NCBI GenBank assembly: GCA_965215605.1
Contig: OZ244070.1
Span: 2,368,001-2,432,000, forward strand
From: an uncultured Candidatus Binatia bacterium
GTDB lineage: Bacteria; Desulfobacterota; Binatia; UBA9968; JAJDTQ01
Direction of reading: 5' to 3'
Length of the DNA: 64,000 nucleotides
Shown here in pieces: positions 42,360 to 51,354 of this stretch (the stretch's first letter is position 1; the number at the start of each line of letters is the position of its first letter). The position numbers and the translations under genes are program-made. The notes beneath the pieces were generated by a model that saw only the letters and a list, made by a program, of their open reading frames with translations, was not told the DNA's origin and made no database searches.

Positions 42360-42680
42360 ATGGACAGACAACCGGAACAAGAAGGATCGAAACCCCGCGT
42401 GATCCGGCACCGCGTACGGGCGGCCGCCGAGGGTTTGCGGCGAGTCGAAGTCGCCGTGCCTGCAGACGACGCTGGGTTCGTAAAGGCCGTGGCCAGCGCT
42501 CTTCGCGCGGGTGGTGAAGAGGCCACGAGGGTACGCGAGGCGTTCGCCTCCATGACGGCCATCGAACCCGCGCGCAGCGGCGCCGAGTTGCTGGCTTTTC
42601 TGCGTGCCTCGCCGCTGGTGGGTGAGGACTTGACGTTCGAGCGCGATCGAACCACAGGACGCGCCATCGATCTCGACTAA
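42360..42680 (+). CDS. Putative antitoxin (VapB-like partner of the truncated PIN toxin)
   Basis: GLRRVEVAVP..DA N-terminus and LRASPLVGEDLTFERDR C-terminus; abuts the VapC start. Confidence 0.6.
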   Translation: MDRQPEQEGSKPRVIRHRVRAAAEGLRRVEVAVPADDAGFVKAVASALRAGGEEATRVREAFASMTAIEPARSGAELLAFLRASPLVGEDLTFERDRTTGRAIDLD

Positions 42681-42740
42681 ATGGCTTACCTGATCGACAC
42701 AAATGGGGATCGGTTCTTGCTGGTACATATAACCCGATGA
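42681..42740 (+). pseudogene. VapC/PIN toxin 5' remnant
   Basis: MAYLIDTN (PIN N-terminal motif) followed by unrelated sequence and an early TGA. Confidence 0.6.
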
Positions 42741-43386
42741 ATTTAGGATGTTTTCTCTGGCATTTTCTCAACCTCTCCTATGACCGTAAGCGAATCGCAA
42801 GCGGATTGAGTACAAGGACCGCGTCCCCTAGCGCACTCACGTCTCGTAACCGTTCCGGCAAATTCCGGCAAACCGTGGAAGATCTCGGACCGGAGGTGAA
42901 GTCGGTGCATGGGACCAAAGCAGATTCCGCGACTTTCGATCTGCGTTGCCTCCTCCCCTCGCGCGAATCTCCCACGGGCCGACGGAACGCTTACCACGTC
43001 TCACGTCCTCTTCCCTTGGGGTTTAGGGTTTCTGGTGCATACCTCGGCCGGTCCCGCTTGATTCAACCTTCCTTCGACTAAGATACGAACCAACTGCCGG
43101 GGGTAAGCCCGGCTCGCCGTCCCGTATCCAGAGTGAATTCGCCGGACAGGGTCGGGTCTCGAACGCGGTGAGCGCCGTCCGAGCCCCGCGTTTCTTCGGT
43201 GTCGAGGAACCGCAAGCGATGTTGTTCCGCAGGTGCTTGCGGATGCCGAGACACGGGTTGGTGGTCGCTCGACAAACCGCCTATGGCCGGAGTACAGAAT
43301 TTGTACTAGATTGTTTCCGCCTCTGGCCGGTGCAAACCCTGAACCGCCGGTGTCAGGGCAATAGGGGAACTGGTGGAGTATGATCG

Positions 43387-43717
43387 GTGGGCACGAAAGC
43401 TAAGCGAAATTCGACCAATCGCACCGTTGCCAGTCTGTTTTCTGGCTGTGGTGGCTTCGACATAGGATTCAAACAGGAGGGTTTTCGCCCGATTGGTGCC
43501 TTTGACAACGATTCGCGTGTGGTCACTATCTACAACCAAAATGTGGCTCCTGTCGCATCTGTCTACGACCTTGCCAGCAACACGCCTCACGTCAAACCGG
43601 ACGTCCTTTTGGCTGGCTCACCCTGCCAAGGGTTCTCGACCGCGGGGAAACGGGACCTGAATGATCCCCGCAACGACCTCCTCGTGCGCGCTGGTATCAT
43701 TGCTCTTGAACTCACAA
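43387..43717 (+). pseudogene. C5-cytosine DNA methyltransferase N-terminal fragment, interrupted by IS
   Basis: Motif I SLFSGCGG, motif IV AGSPCQGFS, D.RN.L; motif VI (ENV) onward is absent. Confidence 0.85.
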
Positions 43718-43784
43718 TGAGGTGGTCCTGGAAAATCGGACAGGTTGCTAAGGTGTATTCCACCGACTTAGGGAGGGATACGCA

Positions 43785-44066
43785 ATGAGCACACGACGAA
43801 GGTTCAGCGGAGAGTTCAAGGCGAAGGTGGCGCTGGAGGCGCTGCGGGGGGACAAGACGATCCAGGAGATCGCTGTGCGGCACAAGGTTCATCCGAACCA
43901 GGTGAGCACGTGGAAGCAGCGGGCGGTGGAGGGGATGAAGGAGGTCTTCACGAAGGGGGCGGAGCGGACGAGGGGCGACCACGAGGGGGAGATTCGGGAC
44001 CTGCACGCGAAGATCGGGGAGTTGACGGTGGAGCGGGATTTTTTGGCCAAAGGGCTCAAGTGGTGA
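43785..44066 (+). CDS. IS3 transposase OrfA
   Basis: RRRFSGEFKAKVALEA HTH, KIGELTVERDFL; T6 run at 44039-44044 is a candidate -1 frameshift site. Confidence 0.92.
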   Translation: MSTRRRFSGEFKAKVALEALRGDKTIQEIAVRHKVHPNQVSTWKQRAVEGMKEVFTKGAERTRGDHEGEIRDLHAKIGELTVERDFLAKGLKW

Positions 44067-44986
44067 GCCGGGAGAAGCGCCGGGGGATGATCGAGCCCGG
44101 CCATCCCAAGCTCAGCTTGAGCCGTCAATGCCATCTGCTTCGAGTGAGTCGATCCTCCGTGTACCACAGGCCCAAGGGCGAGAGCGCGGAGAATCTGGCG
44201 CTGATGCGCCGGATCGACAAGCTGTTCCTGGAGTACCCCTTCTACGGCAGCCGCCAGATGGTCCGCCATCTGTGGCGGGAGGGCGACCGTGTGGGTCGTC
44301 ACCGGGTGCGGCGTCTGATGCGCCTGATGGGTCTCCAGGCCATCTACCAGGCGCCGCGGACCACCCGACCGCATCCCGAGCACCGGGTCTACCCCTATCG
44401 GCTCAAGGGGGTCGCCATCGAACGGCCCAATCACGCGTGGACCGCAGATATAACCTATATCCCTGTCCAGAGTGGCTTCCTGTACCTGGTGGCGGTGATG
44501 GACTGGGCCACCCGCCGGGTGCTCTCCTGGAGGCTGTCGAACACCCTCGATGCCCGCTTCTGTGTCGAGGCCCTCTCAGAGGCTCTGGAACGCTACGGCC
44601 CTCCCGAGATCTTCAACACCGACCAGGGCAGCCAGTTCACCAGCCTGGAGTTCACCTCCGTGCTCAAGGACGCCGGCGTCGCCATCTCCATGGACGGCAG
44701 GGGCCGGTGCATGGACAACATCTTCATCGAGCGCCTGTGGCGCTCCCTCAAGTACGAGGCCGTCTACCTGCACGAGCTCTCGGACGGCTTCGCCGCCCTG
44801 CGGGTCATCGCCCGGTGGGTGGCCTTCTACAACACCCAAAGGCCTCATTCCGCCCTCGCCGGCTCCACCCCGGCGGAGGCCTACGAACGAGGACTCCAGA
44901 GGCAGGCCGGACCTCACACCCCGCCCGCCCCTCTGCCAGTTCCATCGGAACACGAAGACGTGATAAACGGCACCTTGGCGGCATGA
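44063..44986 (+). CDS. IS3 transposase OrfB (DDE integrase core)
   Basis: WTADITY, NTDQGSQFTS, NIFIERLWRSLKYE, YNTQRPHS. Confidence 0.94.
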   Translation: MSREKRRGMIEPGHPKLSLSRQCHLLRVSRSSVYHRPKGESAENLALMRRIDKLFLEYPFYGSRQMVRHLWREGDRVGRHRVRRLMRLMGLQAIYQAPRTTRPHPEHRVYPYRLKGVAIERPNHAWTADITYIPVQSGFLYLVAVMDWATRRVLSWRLSNTLDARFCVEALSEALERYGPPEIFNTDQGSQFTSLEFTSVLKDAGVAISMDGRGRCMDNIFIERLWRSLKYEAVYLHELSDGFAALRVIARWVAFYNTQRPHSALAGSTPAEAYERGLQRQAGPHTPPAPLPVPSEHEDVINGTLAA

Positions 44987-45108
44987 TCGAACGTCTGGAA
45001 TACACCTTATCTCCGCCGCCTACCTGTCCTACAAACCAGGACCACCTCACAACATGAGATCGTGATCCAGACGCTGATCTCCATGGGCGAGCCAAAGGAA
45101 GTTTAGTT

Positions 45109-45396
45109 ATGAATTGCGTATCTATTGATATCGGCCCGATCCTTCGCCAAGTCGTCATCAACGTATCCGATAACCCGGAATACGCTGCATTCTTCAACGA
45201 CGAGACGGACTCGTACTTCAGCGTAAATGGCCGCACGTACGTACGCGGATGGAGCCCCAGGTACGTCAAGGCGGCCGTAGTCCATGAATGGTCCGTAAGG
45301 GAAAACGGAGTCACCGTGGGCACGGGTGCAGACTACTACTTTTGCGCTAGAGTTGTAAGGGATAAGCCCGCACGGTCCGTACCCTTCCCTTCCTAG
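45109..45396 (+). CDS. Hypothetical protein (95 aa)
   Basis: Open frame in lower-GC DNA followed by a strong hairpin; no motif recognised. Confidence 0.4.
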   Translation: MNCVSIDIGPILRQVVINVSDNPEYAAFFNDETDSYFSVNGRTYVRGWSPRYVKAAVVHEWSVRENGVTVGTGADYYFCARVVRDKPARSVPFPS

Positions 45397-45400
45397 GCCG

Positions 45401-45431
45401 AAACACTTCCCTGCCCTTGAGGGAAGTGTTT
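45401..45431. terminator. 12-bp perfect hairpin, possible bidirectional terminator
   Basis: AAACACTTCCCT / AGGGAAGTGTTT. Confidence 0.5.
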
Positions 45432-45518
45432 AAGGGTCGTTCCCTTAATGACGAGGCTACGCCCCAACAAGACCAGGGCTGAATGCCTCCCGGTTTCAGC
45501 GGACTTCAACAAGACAAT

Positions 45519-45553
45519 CTTGAATATTGCGTACCCAAAGCGTAATATTCAAG
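45519..45553 (+). promoter_or_regulatory. Promoter embedded in a 13-bp inverted repeat
   Basis: TTGAAT-17-TAATAT inside CTTGAATATTGCG / CGTAATATTCAAG (1 mismatch). Confidence 0.6.
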
Positions 45554-45556
45554 GAA

Positions 45557-46705
45557 GTGTCTCTCGTTGAGCGAACCGCAATCGAGTCCCAGGTCACCCG
45601 TGCGTTACGACGCAGCCGGGGTGTGGTGCTACTGGGTCCGCGCCAGTCGGGCAAGACGACAGTGGCGCGCCGCATCGCAAGCAGTCAGCAGGCCGAGTAT
45701 TTCGATCTCGAGGACCCCACCGATTTGGCGCGGCTGGCGGCGCCCAAGATGGTGCTGGAGCGCGCCCGGGGTCTGGTCGTCCTGGATGAGATTCAGTTGC
45801 GCGTGGATCTGCTGCCTTTGCTGCGGGTGCTCCTTGACCGGCAGCCGCTTCCGGCCAGGTTTCTGCTTCTGGGCAGTGCGGCGCCGGAAATCGTGCGGGG
45901 AGCTTCCGAGACCCTCGCCGGCAGAGTCGAGCTGGTTGCCATGACGGGTCTCCGCTTGGCGGAGGTGGGCCTCGTCAGCCGCGACAGGCTGTGGCTGCGG
46001 GGCGGCTTCCCGCCGTCGTTCCTGGCCGATTCCGACGAGGACAGCTTCGCTTGGCGTGAGAGCTTTGTGCAGACGTTCGTCGAGCGGGACCTCCGCCGCC
46101 TGGGTTTCGAGATGGCGCCCGCGGCCATGCGCCGCTTTCTGACGATGATGGCCCATCTCCACGGGCAGCGATGGAATGCCTCTGCCGTGAGTTCTTCGCT
46201 TGGCGTATCGCAGAATACGGTGCGGCGATATCTGGACCTGCTCTCGGGCGCGTATCTGACTCGCCAACTGCATCCTTGGTTCGAGAATGTCGGCAAGCGG
46301 CTGGTCAAATCACCGAAGGTCTACGTCAGGGACACCGGTTTGCTGCATGCCCTGCTGGGCTTGGAGCGTCAACGCGAAGTGGAGTCCCACCCCGGCCATG
46401 GCGCGTCGTGGGAGGGGCTCTGCGTCGAGGAGATCGTCGCCGTTCACGGTGAGCGCCGTTGCTGGTTCTGGGCCACTCACGGCGGAGCCGAGCTGGACGT
46501 GCTGGTGCTCGACCACGGCCGGCGCATCGGTTACGAATGCAAGTTGACGGACAACCCGAGCATGACGAAGTCGATGCACGTGGTGCTGGCCGATCTCAAG
46601 CTTGACCATCTGTTCGTCGTCTACCCCGGGGAGGAACGGTTCCCGCTCGCGGAGCGGGTGACCGCCATCGGACTGGCTGAAATCGGGCGGGCCCCTTCTC
46701 AATAG
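45557..46705 (+). CDS. AAA_14 ATPase with DUF4143 C-terminal domain
   Basis: GPRQSGKTT, LDEIQ, LLGSA, ETLAGR, RGGFP, KSPKVYVRDTGL, ELD...ECK. Confidence 0.92.
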   Translation: MSLVERTAIESQVTRALRRSRGVVLLGPRQSGKTTVARRIASSQQAEYFDLEDPTDLARLAAPKMVLERARGLVVLDEIQLRVDLLPLLRVLLDRQPLPARFLLLGSAAPEIVRGASETLAGRVELVAMTGLRLAEVGLVSRDRLWLRGGFPPSFLADSDEDSFAWRESFVQTFVERDLRRLGFEMAPAAMRRFLTMMAHLHGQRWNASAVSSSLGVSQNTVRRYLDLLSGAYLTRQLHPWFENVGKRLVKSPKVYVRDTGLLHALLGLERQREVESHPGHGASWEGLCVEEIVAVHGERRCWFWATHGGAELDVLVLDHGRRIGYECKLTDNPSMTKSMHVVLADLKLDHLFVVYPGEERFPLAERVTAIGLAEIGRAPSQ

Positions 46706-46737
46706 ACGCCGGGACAAATTACTTGTCGGCGCCGTCT

Positions 46738-47364
46738 TTATTCCTTGTCGTTGACGCCCACCACCACGGTGTAGAGCGAGAAGCGGGAGTACCGGTAGTG
46801 CTTGCAGCCGCTGAATCCCGTTTCCTCCAGAAACGGCTTCAGCTTGAGGTCGGTGCTCCAGCCCAGCCGGCGGGTGATGGGATCGAGGGAATGCGTGAGT
46901 TTGCCCCAGAAGGGCGACTCGGTGGTGAAGTGGTTGACGATGACGATGGTCCCGCCGGGACGGCACACGCGCTGCATCTCGGACATCATCTTGACAGGGT
47001 CGGGCACCACGGTCACCACGTGGAACGCCATCACGTAGTCGAAAGTGTTGTCCGGAAAGGAGAGGTCGAGGGCGTCCATCTGCTCGACTTCGAGGTGACG
47101 CCAGTTGTTCTTGGCGATCTTCTCCTTGGCGTGGGCCAGCATTTTGGGCGCCTGGTCGACGCCGACGACATGGCAGTCGTGGGGATAGGCGGGAAACGAC
47201 GTGCCGGTGCCGACGCCGACTTCCAGGATCTCGGCCCCGGCCGGCAGCCGCAGGTTCTGTATCACGGTCCGTTCGCGGGAGTAGAAGAACTTCGCGAAGG
47301 TCTTGTCGTAAAGGGGGGCCAGATCGGAGTAAAGCCTGCTTTCGTGCGCTCCCAACTCGGCCAT
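46738..47364 (-). CDS. Class I SAM-dependent methyltransferase (PmtA/phospholipid N-methyltransferase-like)
   Basis: LEVGVGTG, MDA..L.F.D..FD, VVPDP, RVCRPGG, VNHF. Confidence 0.8.
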   Translation of the reverse strand: MAELGAHESRLYSDLAPLYDKTFAKFFYSRERTVIQNLRLPAGAEILEVGVGTGTSFPAYPHDCHVVGVDQAPKMLAHAKEKIAKNNWRHLEVEQMDALDLSFPDNTFDYVMAFHVVTVVPDPVKMMSEMQRVCRPGGTIVIVNHFTTESPFWGKLTHSLDPITRRLGWSTDLKLKPFLEETGFSGCKHYRYSRFSLYTVVVGVNDKE

Positions 47365-47642
47365 GTTCTTGCGTGAGTCCGTTCGCGACATGCGGACCGT
47401 CCGATGAGGTGGTTGAACTCGCTAACGTTGTTTAGAGAAAAGAGAAAAAGCTTGGGACACTGGGCCAATTGAGTATCAACTCCCGGCGTTTTTGTCAAGG
47501 TAGGGGCGCGGGGCCAGCGGTACCGGCCGGTTGGTAATCCTTCATGTTCTTGGCTAGATTGAACACTGGCCGCCTTCCGGTGTATCCACTTCCGTGAGGC
47601 TTTCAACTACCCGATTTACAAGGGGTTCGGTTTCTTCCCGTC

Positions 47643-49391
47643 ATGGCCGGCATCGCACGGTTAACCGACTATCTGTGGCAGTACTGGCGCCGCTATCTGC
47701 TGGGGGGGTTGTGCCTGGTGGGCACCACCAGCCTGCTGATGCTGGTGCCGTGGTGGGTGCGGGGCGCCATCGACGTCATCGAACGGGGCGACCCCCGTTC
47801 CGAGCTGGGCGGCTACGTGCTGTGGATCGCCCTGGCCGCCATCGGGGGCGGCCTGCTGCGAGGCGTCTCCCGCTCCATCATCTTCAACGCCGGCCGGAAC
47901 GTCGAGTACGACATCCGGAACGACCTCTTCGCCCATCTCGAGAAGCTGCCCCTGGGCTACTACCAGTCCCAGCGCACCGGCGACCTCATGTCCCGGGCCA
48001 TCAACGACATCAATGCCGTGCGGCAGTTGCTGGGCCCCGGGTTCCTCAACCTGGTGAACACCCCCCTCTACTTCGTCTACGCGGCGGTGTTCATGTTCGC
48101 CATGAACGTGCAGTTGACGCTGGCGGTGGCGGCGTGCCTGACGCTGCTGGCGTTCGTGTTCCGGCAGTTCCGGGGCCGCATCCAACAGGCCTCGCTGCGG
48201 GTCCAGCGGCAGATGTCCCGCATGAGCGCCCACGTCCAGGAGAACCTCAGCGGGATGCATGTGGTCAAGGCGTACGTGCAGGCGGAGCCCCAGACGGTCC
48301 GGTTCACCGAACTCAACGACGAGTACCGTGGGCGCAGCATGGACCTGGCCCGCTGCCGGGGTATGATCAACCCCTTGATGGTGGCGCTGCACGGGCTCAC
48401 GGTGCTGGTGGTGTTGTGGTACGGCGGCTGGCTGACCATCCGCGACCAGACCGGGGTGGCGGACCTGGTGGCGTTCATCCTGTACCTGAACGTCCTGGCC
48501 TGGCCCATGGCGGCCTTCGGCTGGATGATCTCGCTGATCGAGCGCGGCCGCGCCGCCATGGAGCGGCTGGAAGAGATCTTCGCGGTCGAGCCCGCCATTG
48601 CCGATCCGGAACGGCCGGCGCCGCTGACGGACAGGGAGCGGGGCATCGAGTTCGAGAACGTGTCCTTCGCCTACGACGGCGACGGCAAGCCCGAGCCGGT
48701 GCTCCGGGACATCAGCTTCGAGGTGGCGCCGGGCCGCAAGGTGGCCATCGTCGGACGCACCGGCTCGGGCAAGAGCACCCTGACGCACCTGATCCCGCGG
48801 CTCCACGACGTCACCTCCGGCGCCATCCGCATGGGCGGCGTCGATATCCGGTCGCTGTCGCTGGAAGAGCTGCGGGGCGCCATCGGCTACGCGCCCCAGG
48901 ACCCCTTCCTGTTCTCCACCTCCATCCAGGAAAACCTGAAGTTCGGCGACGCCGAGGCCAGCGAGCAGGAAGTTCGGCGCGTCCTGGGCGTGGCCGATCT
49001 CGAAAGCGAGGTGGAGGTCTTCCCGGACGGTCTCGACACCCGTGTGGGGGAGCGGGGCATCACCCTCTCCGGCGGCCAGAAGCAGCGGGCCACCCTGGCC
49101 CGGGCGATCCTGGCGGACCCCGACTTCCTGATCCTGGACGACTGCCTTTCGAGCGTGGACTCGCAGACCGAGCAGCGGATTCTCCACGGCTTCGAGAGCG
49201 TCCTCAAGGACAAGACCTGCATCATCATCTCCCACCGGATGGCGGTGATCAGCCAGGCCGACGAGATCCTGGTGCTGGAGGACGGCCGCATCGTCGAGCG
49301 CGGCAACCACGAGTCGCTGCTCCGCGCCGGCGGGGTCTACGCGCAGATGTACCGGCGGCAGCAGATGTCCGAGGAGTTGGACGAGCTCTGA
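47643..49391 (+). CDS. ABC exporter ATP-binding/permease subunit
   Basis: TM domain plus GRTGSGKST, LSGGQKQR, ILDD, SHR. Confidence 0.94.
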   Translation: MAGIARLTDYLWQYWRRYLLGGLCLVGTTSLLMLVPWWVRGAIDVIERGDPRSELGGYVLWIALAAIGGGLLRGVSRSIIFNAGRNVEYDIRNDLFAHLEKLPLGYYQSQRTGDLMSRAINDINAVRQLLGPGFLNLVNTPLYFVYAAVFMFAMNVQLTLAVAACLTLLAFVFRQFRGRIQQASLRVQRQMSRMSAHVQENLSGMHVVKAYVQAEPQTVRFTELNDEYRGRSMDLARCRGMINPLMVALHGLTVLVVLWYGGWLTIRDQTGVADLVAFILYLNVLAWPMAAFGWMISLIERGRAAMERLEEIFAVEPAIADPERPAPLTDRERGIEFENVSFAYDGDGKPEPVLRDISFEVAPGRKVAIVGRTGSGKSTLTHLIPRLHDVTSGAIRMGGVDIRSLSLEELRGAIGYAPQDPFLFSTSIQENLKFGDAEASEQEVRRVLGVADLESEVEVFPDGLDTRVGERGITLSGGQKQRATLARAILADPDFLILDDCLSSVDSQTEQRILHGFESVLKDKTCIIISHRMAVISQADEILVLEDGRIVERGNHESLLRAGGVYAQMYRRQQMSEELDEL

Positions 49392-49394
49392 GCG

Positions 49395-51332
49395 ATGGCA
49401 CGCGGACCCGGGAATATCGGCGCAATGAACGCACGGGAAGAGCAGGAGACCGTTGCCGGCAAGGCCTACGATGTAGAGCTGGCCCGGCGGTTGTGGCGTT
49501 TCATCCGGCCGCACCGGAGGTTGTTCTTCCTGTCGGCGCTGCTGCTGCCGGTGCACCAAGTCTTCAATCTGGTCCAGCCGCTGCTCCTCAAGGCCGGCTT
49601 CGACGCCGTGGCGGCCGGCGACGGCGTCACGCTGCTCACCACCGGCGTGCTGTTCGGCGCGGCCCTGTTGGCCGAAGCCGCGGCCTTCTTCTTCCAGTAC
49701 TACCTTTCCATGCTGGTGGCCCAACGGTGTCTCGCCGACCTGCGCGTGGAGATCTTCTCCCACGTGCAGCGGCTGCCCATGAGCTACTTCGACCGCAACC
49801 CCGTGGGCCGGGTCATGACCCGCATGACCACGGACGTCGAGGTGCTGCAGGAGATGTTCGCGGCCGGGGCCATGAACCTGGTGGCCGATCTCGTCCTGAT
49901 CGCCGCCATCGTCGCCATCATGATGTCGCTCCACATGGGGCTGGCGCTGGTGTCGCTGGCGATGATGCCTTTCCTGCTGCTGGGCATCAACGTCTTCCGC
50001 GTCAAGGCGCGTCAGACCTACCGGCTGATCCGGACCCGCATCGCCCGGGTCAACGCCTACCTCGGCGAAGCCATTCCGGGCATGGCCGTGATCCAGCTCT
50101 TCAACCGGCAGGAGCGGAGCTTCGAGGAGTTCGACGACCTCAACGGGGCCCACCGGGACGCCATCCGGCGCTCCAACGTCTATGAGGCGTCGCTGTTCTC
50201 CATGGTCGAGGCCGCGGGCTCGCTGAGCATCGCGCTGCTGCTCTGGTACGGCGGCGGCGAGGTGCTGCAGGGGATCGTGGGCATCGGCACGTTCGTGGCC
50301 TTCAGCGAGTACATCCGCCGGCTGTTCGTGCCGCTGCGCGACTTCAGCAACAAGTACGCCGTGATCCAGGCTGCCATGACCGCGGCCGAGCGCATCTTCG
50401 AGCTGCTGGATACGGCGCCGGAGCGGTCGGGCCGGGCTGCTTCCCCGGACCCCGCTCCGGGGGCCGTCGCCCTTGCGCCCGTCGGCGTCCCCGCGTCTGG
50501 CGTCCCCGGGCCTGCCGCCGCCGCATCCGCGCCCGCGGTGATCCGACCTTCCCGCGGCGCGGTGGAGTTCGACGACGTGTGGTTCAGCTACCGGCCCAAC
50601 GACCCGGTGCTCAAGGGCGTGTCCTTCCGGATCGAGCCGGGCGAGCGGGTGGCCGTCATCGGCGCCACCGGTTCCGGCAAGACCACCACCATCAAGCTCA
50701 TGAGCCGGTTCTACGACGTGGACAGCGGCGTCGTGCGCGTGGGCGGCCGTGACGTTCGTGAATGGGACCTCGACGCCCTGCGGCGCCACATGGGGGTGGT
50801 GCTCCAGGACGTGTTCCTGTTCTCCGGGGACATCCTCTCGAACCTGAAGCTGGGCAACCCCGACGTCTCCGAGGACCGGATCCGGGCGGCTCTCCGCAAC
50901 GCCAACGCCGAGGGTTTCGTCCGGCGCCTGCCCGGCGGCTTGCAGGCCCCGGTGCGGGAGCGGGGCAACAACCTGTCGGCCGGACAACGGCAACTGCTGG
51001 CGCTGGTGCGGATGTTCGTCGTCGACCCGGAGATCCTGGTGCTGGACGAGGCCACCTCCAGCGTCGACACCGAGACCGAGTTCCTGGTGCAGGGGGCCTT
51101 CGAGAAGATCATGGCCAACCGCACCTGCCTGGTCATCGCCCACCGGCTTTCGACCATCCGGAACGCGGACCGCATCGTGGTCTTCCACCGGGGCGTGATC
51201 CGCGAGATGGGTTCCCACGCCGAGTTGATGGAGAAGGGCGGGGTGTACTACCGGCTCCACCAGTTGCAGTTCCAGGGGGAGGGCGGCGGCGCGGCCGCGG
51301 CGGGAACCCGCGATGCGGCGGCCGTGGACTAG
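49395..51332 (+). CDS. ABC exporter ATP-binding/permease subunit (heterodimer partner)
   Basis: GATGSGKTT, LSAGQRQL, LDEATSS, AHRLST; Pro/Ala-rich linker. Confidence 0.94.
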   Translation: MARGPGNIGAMNAREEQETVAGKAYDVELARRLWRFIRPHRRLFFLSALLLPVHQVFNLVQPLLLKAGFDAVAAGDGVTLLTTGVLFGAALLAEAAAFFFQYYLSMLVAQRCLADLRVEIFSHVQRLPMSYFDRNPVGRVMTRMTTDVEVLQEMFAAGAMNLVADLVLIAAIVAIMMSLHMGLALVSLAMMPFLLLGINVFRVKARQTYRLIRTRIARVNAYLGEAIPGMAVIQLFNRQERSFEEFDDLNGAHRDAIRRSNVYEASLFSMVEAAGSLSIALLLWYGGGEVLQGIVGIGTFVAFSEYIRRLFVPLRDFSNKYAVIQAAMTAAERIFELLDTAPERSGRAASPDPAPGAVALAPVGVPASGVPGPAAAASAPAVIRPSRGAVEFDDVWFSYRPNDPVLKGVSFRIEPGERVAVIGATGSGKTTTIKLMSRFYDVDSGVVRVGGRDVREWDLDALRRHMGVVLQDVFLFSGDILSNLKLGNPDVSEDRIRAALRNANAEGFVRRLPGGLQAPVRERGNNLSAGQRQLLALVRMFVVDPEILVLDEATSSVDTETEFLVQGAFEKIMANRTCLVIAHRLSTIRNADRIVVFHRGVIREMGSHAELMEKGGVYYRLHQLQFQGEGGGAAAAGTRDAAAVD

Positions 51333-51354
51333 CCGCGCGCCGGGAGCGCCGGCC

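Larger units (their letters stand above)
43718..45049 (+). mobile_element. Complete IS3-family insertion sequence (1332 bp)
   Basis: TG...CA ends; terminal IRs TGAGGTGGTCCTGG-N6-GGACAGGT plus inner IR TAAGGTGTATTCCA; flanking 3-bp direct repeat CAA (43715-43717, 45050-45052). Confidence 0.95.

Noticed and set aside
50415-50545. Pro/Ala-rich insert in the ABC exporter linker
   Set aside because: A low-complexity in-frame linker expansion, common in high-GC genomes; no repeat or mobile signature
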